In this document: piece after piece, positions 37,060 to 49,336 of the stretch
How the letters are laid out: each line of letters starts with the position of its first letter
How positions within the stretch are numbered: the first letter of the stretch is position 1
Assembly (NCBI RefSeq): GCF_018350175.1
Contig: NC_058382.1
Coordinates: 53,756,001-53,820,000 of the forward strand
DNA from: Felis catus
Taxonomy: Eukaryota
DNA length: 64,000 bases
Direction of reading: 5' to 3'
The notes under the pieces: model-generated
What the model was told of the DNA's origin: nothing
The model's input: only the letters and a program-made list of their open reading frames with translations
Database searches by the model: none
Position numbers and translations under genes: made by a program

Positions 37060-37480
37060 CATCCAATTCACCCATCAGTCCGTCCATCCATCCCTCCATC
37101 CTTCCTCCCACTCATCAGCCCAGCCATCCTCTCATCCACACAGCCACCAACAGATACTTAATGAGTGTTCTAACATTTTAGGGCCTCTGCTGGTACCTTG
37201 GGATTCCACAGGGAACGAGGTGGACACATTTTCTGCCACATCAAGTCCCCAGCGGAGGAAAGATATCTGAAAAATTAAACAATCTACAGCACGATGTGAT
37301 AAGTACTGAGACAGGAAGAGTTCAAGGTGTGGGGAAAGGACATCCCACACAGAGCTCGAGTTTGGACTCACCACTCACAGCCTCTCTAGGAAACTCTTCC
37401 CGAGCAGAAAGAATCAACCTGGAAGAGAACCATGTCTAGCTGGGCAGGTGGAGGGAGCAGCAGGAAGTGAGGAAGGGCTC
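37060..37480 (-). mobile_element. L2 fragment
   Basis: (CCAT)n-like tail, then 'ccaacagatacttaatgagtgttctaac'. Confidence 0.65.
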
Positions 37481-37483
37481 TGC

Positions 37484-37650
37484 CATTTATTGAGTACCTA
37501 CTGTTTACCAGACACCGGGCTTGGCACTTCATAGGTATTTCTGTGATGAGTTCTAAGGGTAAATAGACAAAATGGAGTCTCCGAGCAGCTAAGCTGTCTG
37601 TCCAAGTGCTTAAATAGCAGCCTTCATAAATGACCTGGTCTTTTGTTCCC
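37484..37650 (-). mobile_element. MIR
   Basis: 'catttattgagtacctactgtttaccagacac'. Confidence 0.75.
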
Positions 37651-37759
37651 ATGGCCTTACCCTCCAGCTTCTTCTGTGAGCCCTCCTCCGTCACACCTCT
37701 CTCTGGTATGATCAGGGAGTCAGAGAACCAGAGGCTTTGACACGTTCTCCAGCCAAGAT

Positions 37760-37980
37760 GGATCCAGAGTGGAGGTTCTGGATTCAAACGATCCTAGATT
37801 TCAACTGCCCTCTGACTCTACTAAGCACTGTGACTTCGGGCAATTTACCTAACCTCTTTAAGCCTCGGTGTCCTCGTCTGTAAAATGGAGAGTACAATCA
37901 GCATCTACGTCAGAGCTTTATAAGAAACCAGAGATGCAAAATGCTAAATGCCACGCATGTTTTTGTAGTATCGTCTTGCG
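37760..37980 (+). mobile_element. MIR
   Basis: 'gtgacttcgggcaatttacctaacctctttaagcctcggtgtcctcgtctgtaaaatgg'. Confidence 0.9.
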
Positions 37981-39319
37981 CAGAAATCATGCAAAAGTGG
38001 TCTCGGGGGAGGTAGCCTCGAGTTGTGTAAGGGGACACACGTGAGGTGTAAGGACATCTCAATGCTCTAGGTGGCGGCTGCATAAAAGGCCTTTGTGTGT
38101 CCTTGTCCTTCAGCCAGAGGGACACACGGGGGAGAGACGGCCGGTCCGCTGGTGGTTCGAGGGTAGCATGGGGCCTCACGCTGGATCCTGCCCTCACTGT
38201 GACGGACGTCTCGCCCTCTTTCCCCAAGCTTGACTTCCTCCGGCGCAGACATCTGAGACTCTAGGGAAGTCTCTTGGGGCAGCCATGGGTTCTAAGCTCC
38301 TCCCAGGCCCTTGGCCCCTCAGACCAGGAAAGGGATGCCTGAGAGTCTCCCCCCACTGCCCCAGAGCACTGAAAGAACTTACGCTGGGCTGGGGGTCCTG
38401 CCATCTCTGAGCTCCCCTTCCACCTCCCCTTTGGAATGTGCTTGGAGCAGGGACAGGGGTGTCCTGGAGGCCACTTCAGGCAGACCAGCAGGGGGCTTTC
38501 CCTGAGGCTGCCTCCTCACTGGGCCTCTTTTCACACTATTTGTACCCATGTAAATGTGCTTCTCAGATTCCTGCCAACACGCTTGGTTTTGTAATGTTGT
38601 TTAATAGCTCGAACCACCTTAATGAAATATTCATGTTCCCTTCTCTGTTGGAGTAGTCACCCAGGTTCCCAGAAATTTCTCTCTCTCTTGTTTAGAAGGA
38701 CCGCCCCACAGGAAGGAGGACCCTCTCCGCCTGAAGCCCGGGACCCCCGGACGCCAGCAGAAGGGCTGTGGGAGCGCTCCCAAGGAGGAGGGGACCGGGG
38801 ACACTGGTCCCGGGCTCCTCCTGGGGATCCCGGGAGCCTTGAGAAGAATGGCCAGGAGCGGACTATGTGCGGGGGGACCCTGGGTCTGAGACCCCTGCTC
38901 CCGGGAGTGGAGAGGCCTGCTCCTGGAGATTCGCCTCCTGGCTCAGCCCTGCATCAAGGCAGCCCCTGCCGCAGGAGCTCCGGAGGCTGAGGGAAGAGTG
39001 CCACCTGTTGAATGCTCACGATAGCGTGCTCCTCGGGCTCCTGCCCAGGGCTCCCGGCTCAGGCGCCGGGTCCGGCACAGCGCAGTGCCCTGCTCCCGTT
39101 CAAGCTCAGAGCCGGGGAAATCCGGGCAGCGACTACGGCACGGACCCTCCGGCATCATCTATAAAGTGAGGCTGTTGCCCTGAGTGACCCCCTACTGCCC
39201 AGAGAGGGCAGGAGACTTGCTCCAGTCACAGAACCAGTCCGGAGCGCCTGCCCTCCCCCCAGAAACCCCTCGGGGACACCTCCCACCCTACCACTCTCTT
39301 TTGATGCTGTGTGAATACC

Positions 39320-39680
39320 GTTTTTAATTAAAGTACTGTTTACCCATAAAGAAAAGGACCCAAAGTCCTAGGCGTGCAGGTCAACAAAGCATCGTGAAGG
39401 GAACACGCGGGGGAATCAGCACACAGATCCAGATGCAGGACCCACCTGGCGGCCCCCGGAAGCATCCTCCTTCTTTCTCCCAGTCACCCCCCGCCCCCGC
39501 CCTTCCAGGGGGACCAGTATCCTGACAGATCTCAGTTGGTCTCACCTGTTTGTGAACTGTACACGAATTACACTATACACGGGGCCTGGCTTCTCTCCCT
39601 CGGTTCCACGTGTGTGATCCACCCTGCCTCCATGTTCCGAGGCCTCGTATTTTCCCGAGGTGGGAAGTAGAACCACGTGT
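39320..39680 (-). mobile_element. Ancient L1M (L1MB/ME-type) 3'UTR fragment, GC-enriched
   Basis: 'cagcacacagatccagatgcaggac...cccagtcacccc...cctgtttgtgaactgtacacgaat...ctggcttctctccctc' is colinear with the antisense L1M 3' end. Confidence 0.7.
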
Positions 39681-40129
39681 GAGAACGGAGAGATGTGGAA
39701 AATCACTGAATTCAGCCTTGTCCTGTCTCGGTGAGAGGAGGCTCTGAGGTCACACGGCCGGCTCAGAGGTCTCTCCCCTGGATGATAAGGCTCCCACGCT
39801 AACCACCCCAGAGACGGCAGGACTTGGCCCCGGGCTGAGGCTAAAGGACACCGGTCCCCCCCACACACAGCGAGGAGCCTGGGAACCCACGATGGGTTCC
39901 ATTCCAGGAGCGCCTGGGCGCATTGTCACCCCCTCACCCAGCATGGCATCCCACACACTGTGCTCATTCAACAAACACACACCGGTTGAAAGCATACGAG
40001 GATGGATCTCAGTAACTCACTGTTGCTGTTAGGAAAACAGAGATCATTCTGGGGGCCCTGCTTCTCCGCCAGATGAATGAGGATAGGTGTGATACGAGAT
40101 GGGGAGGCGGAGGGGAAAACCGGTACAGT

Positions 40130-40340
40130 GGAAAGTGACCACGGCTTACCCTCGCAGACTTTGAAGCCAGATTGGCCTGGATCCAGTTATACTCTAGCAC
40201 TTATGTGTTACTTTAGGTGATCTACCCAAGCCTCCGTCTTCCAATCTGTAAAAACATCAATTTATAATAGGGCTCGGTGAAGAGGAAGAAGCCAGGCAGG
40301 TTAACGCGCCGGGTGAGTGCTTAGTAGCTGGTAGTTATTA
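40130..40340 (+). mobile_element. MIR
   Basis: 'cagactttgaagccagattggcctggatcc...aatctgtaaaa'. Confidence 0.75.
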
Positions 40341-41224
40341 CAATCATGTCTCCAACCAGCAAATGGCTCAGTTTAGCTCGCTTCGTACAAAGAGGCATCG
40401 ACATTTAGATAAGGCACCAGTGGGAGGCAGATCTTCAAGAATCAGGGTTTACTTACTCCTTAAGGAGCTAGGAAAGAAAAGCAGGGTTCAAGTTTAGCTT
40501 CCTTCCTCTTCCCCGTCTAAACCTTCATACCCTGTGAGAGTCAGCTTGAATCGTGCCGTCTACAAGAAGTCTTTCTCCTGGCCCTGGTCACCCTGATCTC
40601 TCCCTCAAGAACTCTTGTAGCCCCTGTTGGAGAGTTCAAGTTCACTGTTATTGGGTGTAGTTGTGGGGTACTGGTTCACCCACATGCCCACAAAGGCTCA
40701 TCTCTCAGCTCCAAGGTGAACCCCGGAGGCATGGCTCGGTGTCCTATGGGTGGGCGGAGGGATGTCACAAACCAGGCCGCTTTCTGGTTTCTCCACTGGG
40801 GCACATGAACCACCCCCTGCCGCCCCCCCCCCTTCTTCCCTGGTTGGAATAAATACAGAAAAGAAAATAAAAATTTCCCTTGATGCCTTCCCCCACAAAT
40901 AACAACTTTAACCTTTCAAAATACTGTCTTCTCATCGTCCAGCTCAGCACATTCTGTAACAGAGTCGAGATTCTTTTTGAGAGTCCGTTTTTATTTCTAG
41001 ACTTTGTTCACCTGAAGCTACATTACCTGCTTTCCCCCAAACTATCTAAGTCTGTTCTTTAATAACAATCTGAATAGTTCCCTAATGGAATCAGAGAGAC
41101 ATATCAAAATTTACTCCGCAATTCCTCCTGGTTCAGATTTTTTCCTAATGTTTTGACATGAACAGTTCTGTTTTGTGAGGATAGACTCCCTGAATTGGAA
41201 GCAATTGGTCAAAGAGCTTTTCAC

Positions 41225-41445
41225 TTTTTTTCCTTGAGGTAGAGCTGGCATTATACCATTGCACGGGTTCTAGGTAGACAACATAATGATTCAGTATTTT
41301 TATGTATTGTGAAATGATCATCACGCTAAGTCTCACTGACACTCGTCACCATACAGTTATAAGATGTTTTTCTTATGGTGAGAACTTTTAAGATTTACTC
41401 TCTTAGCAACTTTCAGAGGTGCATTACTGTATTCATCGTAGTTAA
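41225..41445 (-). mobile_element. L1MA9-like 3' end
   Basis: 'caacataatgattcagtatt...tattgtgaaatgatcatcac...ggtgagaacttttaagatttactctcttagcaactttca'. Confidence 0.85.
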
Positions 41446-41559
41446 TTATCTTAATTTATGTTTCTTAAAAAACCCACCATAGCTATGTTCCTATTGTAAA
41501 CATTTATAATCCCAATTTTGCAGTAAGTGATCACCTTCTCAAGCACAAACTGACTCTTA

Positions 41560-42135
41560 ACCTCTCATCTTCCCATTTTGTCTCTGGCCACACAGACACA
41601 CACACACACGCGCGCACACAGACACACACCCCTCATGACTCAGCCACGCTAAAATATTTGCAGTTCTTTCGACATGCTTGAATATTCATGTCAAGGCTTT
41701 GGTACATGTTTCTTTGACCAGAGGGATATGTTTTCCTTCTCCTGAGCGTGGCCACATTCTTAGCTTTTCAAGAGAAATATTACCTTCTGTCTGCGAAGCT
41801 TTCTCTCAGCTTCCAGGCAAAACGAGCCACCCCCGACACACACACTCTTCGATGCTCCCACTGCAACCTGCCTGTTTAATAATAATAATTATATCGATCA
41901 TAATAGTAATCAAGATGTATTGAGCCCTTATCATGTGCTCAGACAGTATTCTAAGCACTTTTCATGGATTATCCCAGCATTCACTGCTTTGTGGCTTAAT
42001 GATCAGTTAGTATGTACATCTGTTCCCCCGCCCAGTCCACGAGTGATTTCAGGGAGGGGGCTGCCCCATCTCCTTCTTTGTACTCCGGGTAGCTAGCACA
42101 AGGCCTGGCACGGGAAATATTTTAGAAATGAGGAT
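41560..42135 (+). mobile_element. L2 3' region with a MIR fragment inserted (about 41880-41980, minus)
   Basis: 'tctctggccacac...tcaaggctttggtacatg...ctagcacaaggcctggcac'; MIR 'tattgagcccttatcatgtgctcagacagtattctaagcac'. Confidence 0.7.
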
Positions 42136-43796
42136 CTGAACCCACCCTCTGCTTATGACTCAGCCAACTGAGTCAAAAATGACCGCTGAGCTGGGGAAGA
42201 TCGGCTACATGCAGTTCCCAGGGTGCATTTCCCCCAGGGGATCACACCCTGGAGAAGAAGCAGGAAGGTAAAACCATCCAAGACGTCTTGATCATTACCA
42301 GGGCGCAAAGAGCACGCTCCCCCCACCACCTCCTCTCTCCAGAGCCCTACTGTTTACACCCAGGTCTTTATAAACAGTTTCCTTTAATCCTCTTATTTCA
42401 GATCTTGGAAGCCTCCAGAAGACACTACTCTTCCCTTGCAGAATGCTCGAAAGGGAAGAAAACAGACACTCACCAACAGATACTGTCTTTACCAAACCCG
42501 GGATGCTAATCCTGGGTACATAGTTAGCCCTCAGTACCTGTCCCCAATTTGGCTTTCTGAGCCCCGGAACTCTGGGAGCCTCCTGAGGAACATGAAGCTT
42601 GAACTCAACTTCACAGCCAAAAAGTTTATGCCAAGATGGCAGGAGAGTCAGGAATGGGTATCAGGTTATTGGACTCCGTAAACCACTCTAGACCTTCTCA
42701 CGTCCTCACTCCAGACAGGTAACTCTGCAGAGAGCAAGGAACCCACCTGACTCCCCTGTGAGGACAGCCTCTCTTTCAGAATCATGCCCCCCTCCGCCTT
42801 GGGAGAATTCAGGCCACTGGGTGACGAGGGGCTGTTACGTGCCTGGTTCCGTGCTCGTCTCTTTGCAGACCTTATCTCCAGATTTGGGTCTGGGAGTATT
42901 TGACCAGACCCCAAACTCTTTCTGCCCTACGTCGCAGACTGATCTGAGATGCTCTGTCTGTGTGGTCTCAGAAGGTACACACTGTGATGCCCAAAATGTG
43001 TTCTGTGCTCAAAGGAGTCAGTTCCACAAGCATAAACGGCTTTATTAACTGCACGACTTGTCAGAGCCTTAACTACACCAACGCCCATTATGCGTTTCTG
43101 AGAGGGGGTGGAGGATGACACCGTGAAGTTGCAAACTTACTGGACTGCAAATCCTTGTTTTGGAAAGCATCAAGTGGGACTAGCGGGCGGAAGAAAGCGA
43201 GCGGGCAAAGACGTCTTCACACTTGGGTTCTCATTCCTCAGAATCTAACTGCAGTCTCGTTACCTATTTATTCCTTTTTCTAGTTCCTCTGGATTGTGAT
43301 TTCGATCCTGTTCTGAAGTCATGCAAGCTCACCTAAAAGAACTATGAACCGTGGGCCCTTTATCTTCTAACTTGGCCCTCTTCTGATCACACTGCATGAC
43401 GCTGCTTCCTCCCTGGTTACCCCCATGTCCACACACACCGGGAAGGTGAACCCAGACAATCCGGTCGATGGGATGCCTACTGATACCACTCCGCTCTCAA
43501 ATCAACTTCTGAATGTGACACCAAGTCCAACTGGCTTAGACTGACCTCCACCACAAACACAACCCCTGTCCTACATCTACCCAAATTCTTTTTTCCTGGT
43601 TTACAGAGTCGGTAACACACAGCCTAATGGCAACAACACCTCAAAATTCTGGCCCAGATCTTTTACCTCATTTACAATCACCCATTGTGTTCTACCCACA
43701 AAATGATGGCCTAGATCCATTAATGTGCTCAGAGAAGACTGGGTTGAAAAAGGAGAGGGGGTGAAGGAGAGGGAGAGAGAGAGCATGCAAATTTAA

Positions 43797-44006
43797 AATG
43801 TTTTTTTTTTAATGCTTATGTATTTTGACAGAGAGAAAGAGCGAGCAGGAGAGGGGCAGAGAGGGAGGGAGACACAGAATCTGAAGCAGGCTCCAAGCTC
43901 TGAACTGTCTGCACACATCCAGACACAGGGCTCGAACTCACGAAACAAGACATCATGACCTGAGCTGAAGGCAGATGTTTAACCTACTGAGCCACCCAGG
44001 CGCCCC
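43797..44006 (-). mobile_element. SINEC_Fc
   Basis: TSD agcatgcaaatttaa (43782-43796) / agcacgcaaatttaa (44008-44022). Confidence 0.95.
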
Positions 44007-44350
44007 AAGCACGCAAATTTAATCTAAGCCACTGCTTATTTAAAAATTGATAGGAACTAATTAAATTAATAAAATTTTATTGAACTTTAAAACAAAAATC
44101 AATTCTTTCAAAATCCCTGTTTCAATGAATCCAAAACCAATGAAATTCTTCTTTAAAATTAAATTGGATGGTAATCAATGCAACCCCTTGGAACTCAAAA
44201 TACAAGTTCTAAATTGAGATTTTTTTTTAATAGCTTCAAGTACATAACTCATGTTTGCCTATTTAAAACAAAACCAAAATCTTAATATGTAATATAGTTT
44301 CTTTGCCTTTGAATGAAGCTGTTACAAGTTTTCATTTCATTCTGTCTGTC

Positions 44351-44564
44351 CAGTGGTGTGTCAGTAGATGTTTAGCCATCAGTCTTGGTCAGGGAGAGGG
44401 TGCATACTGACTTGGGACTTCTGCTGGTGTCCATGATGCAAATACTCCCCGGGTGGCTCATGATTCTAAGCTACCAAAGTGAGGGACGGCAATGAATATG
44501 GAATTAGCAAGTTAGCACAGTCAGGTCTCATGAGCTGGTTCGAGCTGGTTCTGGCACACCACTG
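44351..44564 (-). mobile_element. MER63A-like hAT-Blackjack MITE, full length
   Basis: Perfect 10-bp TIRs cagtggtgtg / cacaccactg; body 'gcaaatactcccc...aagctacca'. Confidence 0.85.
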
Positions 44565-45194
44565 AGTCTTCCTCAGTAAGTCTGCATCTACAAGTGTTGT
44601 CCATCTAGAATATCCCCAACAAGATGGCAGCAACACGTACCTCATTCTCAGCTGCACTGCATGCATACTGAGAAACGTGACGAAAGCTTCTCGACACTGA
44701 CAGGTGATCGCTGTGTTGACCCAAACAATATACTTAGGTATAGAGGATTACCAGGGGAAAAAAAAAAAAAGTAAAAACCACCAAAACTACCCAAACCTCT
44801 AAGTTCTATCGGGGGATCTACTAAAATATTTATTTGTTTGGCTTTATGTGGAATCAGTCCATCCACTTTTCTTTTATGCTCTCTTTTGTTTTCATAAACA
44901 AATGAGTTCTTATTGCTACAAGTAAAATAGAGTTCCCTTTCCTTCCTTCCTTTTCCTCTCTTCCACTACCCTTCCTACTCATAATTACTAAATAACTCAA
45001 AATACCTGCCAAGTTTGTGTGATCCCATGAAAAGATGGTGGAAAAGATGGTGAGACTTCTTTCGTGAATGTTATGCCTCATCTCTAGACAAAATCTCCAG
45101 GAGTGCTGGCCGAATACGCACGAGCTTCGCTATGTCAGAGCGGGCAACGGAAAGGAAGGATGGACGGAAGCAATAGCGAGAGGGGAAGGTACCC

Positions 45195-45430
45195 GCCATT
45201 TTCAGAGTCCACCGTGACTGTAACTGTACCGGGGGTATTGTGTATGTCATTTCACTCAATCCTCAAAATGACCTTTGGTGGCCATCCTTACCTTTAATTT
45301 TTAATGGACGGACTGAGGCGTGACTTCATTACACGTCTACCAGCACATAGCTCATGGGTGCTGGAGGCAAGATTCAAACGCCGTCTTCTCTGACTGCCGT
45401 GCTGGTGATTGGTCCATGACGCCATACTGA
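45195..45430 (-). mobile_element. MIR
   Basis: 'catttcactcaatcctcaaaatgacc...gctggaggcaagattcaaacgcc'. Confidence 0.75.
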
Positions 45431-46150
45431 GCTGTACAAGTAATCTAGAGAACATTTCATCCAAGTTGGCGAGGGTTCCCCTAGAAAGTCCACCTCTGGG
45501 GCTCTTCTCTTTTTTTCTCTTCCTGCCTCTTGCGACCTACTTAGCTCCTTGGCCTTCTCCCCAGTGCCCGGGAGGACAGAAAGCAAGCACATTGTCTCCC
45601 TTCACTCATCTCATCCAAAGACTCCATCTGACTCTGGGTAAGAATTGGGAAATCGCTCCAAATCAAGAGGGGTAGAGCTTCCTCTATGGTCATCAAGACG
45701 CATTCCAACAGACCTTGCCTCTGCCGGGCAGCTGTCTCTGCACAGTGTGCGTCTTCGCTCAGGAAGCCGACACCCCAGCCTGAGAAAACGGGTCTCTCCA
45801 CCACGCCCCTTCTCTGGCACACGAAGATCCCCGTGTGTACAGAACTGCTGGGACTCATGGGCCCATCCGCCCAGGTCTGGCCGCTGGATATGACCACACA
45901 AAAATCTAAAGGATCCCAGCACTTGATGATATTCTGTAATATGCTGGGCACCTGACTTCCATAGGGTCACAGTTATATATGCAATGACCCATGTGTTTTA
46001 GTTCTAGAACAAAATCCTATCTGTGGAATCAAAGCCCAGATACAAATATAAGGTAAAATAATAAGGCAAAATATATCCCATGTCAGGTCACGTCACCCCT
46101 CTGCTCAAAACTTTGTAACAAAAGAGAAAATCCAGAAAGCTTACCGGAGC

Positions 46151-46670
46151 CTTGGTGGAAGATTTTATTTTCTACGGTGGCCACAATAACATCTCCTGCC
46201 CCACATGTTCTTCTGGAACCTTGCTGCTTCCCCGCAAAGAGGTGGAGTCTATGTCCCCTCCTCTTAAAACTGAGTGGCACTTTGTGACTGCCTGGATCGA
46301 CAGAGTGCGGTGCCAGTGATTCTGCATGACTCTGGAGGCCAGGTCATACAAACACCATGCACGTCTATCCTATTCTCCTTGACGCTCTCTCTTGGGGCCA
46401 CTCCAGGAGAAAGCCCAAGCTGCCCAAAGAGAGGCACACGCTTGTGCGGAGCTTTCGGCCAACACCCAGCACCCACTCAGCAGCCGCGTACCGGAATCAT
46501 CTAGAAATTTCCTAGCACCGTGTCCGGCCTTTATAGCTGACGCAACACGGAGCAGCAATGAGCCACCCTTACCGAGCCGCCGCCCAAACTGCAGATCTAC
46601 AAGCAACTGAACGCTGTTTTCAGCCACAAAGTGTGGGGTCATTTGTTATACAGCAACTGATAACTAGAAG
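46151..46670 (+). mobile_element. MLT1G/H-like MaLR solo LTR, inserted in an L2 fragment
   Basis: 'aagaggtggagtctatgtcccctcctctt'; 3' end 'cagccacaaagtgtggggtcatttgttatacagcaactgataactagaa'. Confidence 0.85.
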
Positions 46671-46804
46671 AGCCTACCCGGATCTATATGAACCAGGGTC
46701 TCGATCGCTCTGTGATTCCTTCTCGGCCACTCTACACTCCCAGGATACTCTGTACTCTGTACGTCCACAAACGTGGAAAGCATGAGGGTTGGGGGGAAGA
46801 CCAC

Positions 46805-47530
46805 ATTCTTTAATTTCTTTCAATGATGTTTTATAGTTTTAGAAGCCACGTACATCTTTTGTTAGATTTTTTTCCCCTAATGTTTAATGTATGTGATGCT
46901 ATTACTAATGCGTCCTGGTGACCCTCATTTCATTTTCTTAAGTATTTGTTGCTGGTACACAGACGTACATATTTCCATACTGACTTTATCAACCTTGCTA
47001 AATTCACTTATTAGTTCTTACACTTTACTTGTAGACTTTTAGATTTCTACTTTCCAGTAATGTTGTGTGCTAATGAAAGTTGTATTTCTTCCTTTCTTAT
47101 CCATACATTTTAAAACAAATTTTTTAATGTTTTTTTTTTTTCATTTTTGAGACAGAGAGAGACAGAGCATGAGTGGGGTGTGGCAGAGAGGGAGACACAC
47201 AGAATGTGAAGCAGGCTCCAGGCTCTGAGCTGTCAGCACAGAGCCTGATGTGGGGCTCGAACTCGTCAACCGTGAGATCATGTCTGAGCTGAAATCAGAC
47301 ACGCAAGCAACTGAGCCACCCAGGCTCCCCTTATCCTTATATTTTAAAATTTCTTGTCCTTTCCTCACTGAACTGGCTGGGACATGCACTGTGACATTAA
47401 AAAGATAGTAGGCATTCTTGTTTGGTTCCCAATCTCAAGGGAAAGCTTTAAATATTTCACCACTAATTATGATATTTGGTGTAGATTTTTTTTTGTAGCC
47501 ATTATCAGAATAAAGAACACTCTTCCTCAT
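46805..47530 (-). mobile_element. Ancient L1M ORF2 fragment (degenerate), interrupted by a SINE
   Basis: 'caaccttgctaaattcacttattagttct' and 'ggcattcttgtttggttcccaatctcaagggaaagcttt' are antisense L1 RT-region motifs. Confidence 0.85.
47116..47330 (-). mobile_element. SINEC_Fc
   Basis: TSD ttatccatacattttaaaa (47097-47115) / ttatccttatattttaaaa (47331-47349). Confidence 0.95.
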
Positions 47531-47610
47531 GTCAACTTAACAAGCATTTGCTGATCACCCATTATGTCCTAGTCACTATCCTGGGCAAGAGGAGAATTTT
47601 AAATTCTCAT

Positions 47611-47808
47611 TTTTTTTATTTCAGAGAGACAGTGTGTGAGTGGGGGAGAGGGACAAAGGAAGAGCTGTGGGGGGAGAGAGAGAGGGAGAATTTCAAGCAG
47701 GTTCCACACTCAGCACAGAGTCTGATGCGGGGCTTGACCCCATGGGATCATGACCTGAGCCAAAATCAAGAGTCAGATGCTCAACCAACTGAGCCACCCA
47801 GGCACCCC
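47611..47808 (-). mobile_element. Can-SINE (older c/Fc2-like) inside an L2 fragment
   Basis: TSD taaattctcatttt / taaattcccatttt. Confidence 0.93.
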
Positions 47809-48934
47809 CTAAATTCCCATTTTGAATAAGATACTATCCTTGCTCTGAGAAATTCACTATGTAGGGTGTAAAACAGGTAAACACCAAACAGAGTGGTGGA
47901 GGTGGGAGAATCAGAAAAACAACTCGCTCTGTCCAGGGGAGCTAGTGAAGGCTCTCAGAGCACAGAGCATTACACGAAGGTCTCAGGAGATGAGATAAAC
48001 GAGATCCCAGCTAAGAAGAATGATGTACAAGGCCTGCTCCCTTACAACTCTCTTCTGGGTACTTATCTATACATGCGGACTTCCTTTCAGGGAGCCAAAA
48101 GATTACCCTAAATTTCTGTGCCCGTGACACTTAGATTTTAATATTATCAAGCATTCTTAAAGGAGCTGTAATTGAAAGAATAAAGAATCCCATTGTAAAT
48201 ACTGGTGGGAACAATTCCTGAGCTCATGTGTACTCGGGTTTTCTAAGAACGTTACATGAGGCAAAATGCGGAAAGGGGATTATGCTTTCCATCCTGCAAA
48301 CCCATTGTTGGCTCTGTGTCCATTCCTTTCCTAGATGTATTTGCAAGTAATACCACAGGCAAAGAAGAAAAGTTGACTTAGAGCAAGTTACACAGTATGT
48401 GGTTTAGAAGTACTTACCTTATGTAATCATGATACACATTAATTGTTAAATAAATACGTGTTGATTTGGCTTGGCCTGGCTATGTGTGTAGTCTAGCGAA
48501 GAAAAAAATCTGATCAGGATGACATTACCTCGAGCCAGAGGCTGTTGAAAGGCATACAGAAAGACCAGATACAGTGGGGTGTTTCAGTTTTGAAGTTGTA
48601 CATTTTTTTTTTCTTTTTAAAAGACAAAAGGGTACCTGAGAGTAAAAATAGGTAACGTTACAGAGTTAGCTTTATAAGAGGAATCATCCAACTCAGGGAA
48701 TCCAGCGTGGGACTATTTTCTCTGCAGTGTCTCTAATATCTGGAGTTTTGCAAAGAGACTGAAAAGTCATGTGCATGTTCCACTGGTGACCTACCTTCTC
48801 CAGGAGAATGACAAGGTGCACGCTCGTCAAGGTCAGGTCCGAACATCAGAACTTGTTCTGAAAGCAGAGAATAAAAGAAAGGTAGAGCTAGATCTGGAGG
48901 GGCAAAAAGTGAGGGTTTTTGGCTTGAGGAGGTC

Positions 48935-49336
48935 TGGACGTAGAGCTGGTGCCCCGTCTGTTCCCTTTGGGACTCCTCTTTGCGGAGCCTGCCGGCCAGA
49001 CTTCACAGGCCAACATCTGCCTCTTTGCCCGATGGCTTTCCCTGTAAGCTGGAGCCCACTGTGCCCCAAGTGCTAAAGGGCTAATGCCTCCGGTAAAGGC
49101 CCTGAACAGTGACCACTGGGGGTCTGTGTATCTCCCTCAGGCAGGAATTCTGAGCAGGGTGCCTACACTGGTTCTTAGATGTGCCCCGTGGGGGTAAGCT
49201 CGTTACCCGCAGAGGTAACTTGCGGTCTTACACCCTCATCCCTCAACCAACACTTCCCGGAATCACTTCCGGGATAATCCAATGGATTTGGGATCTTGTC
49301 TTAGGATCAGCCTCTGGGCAAATCCCAACTAACACG
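48935..49336 (+). mobile_element. ERVL LTR16-like solo LTR
   Basis: 5' 'gctggtgccccg', internal 'attctgagcagggtgcctacactgg', 3' 'tcttgtcttaggatcagcctctgggcaaatcccaactaa'. Confidence 0.75.

Noticed and set aside
46805..47530. Possible reverse-transcriptase gene
   Set aside because: Heavily decayed L1 ORF2 remnant with no open frame, interrupted by a SINE
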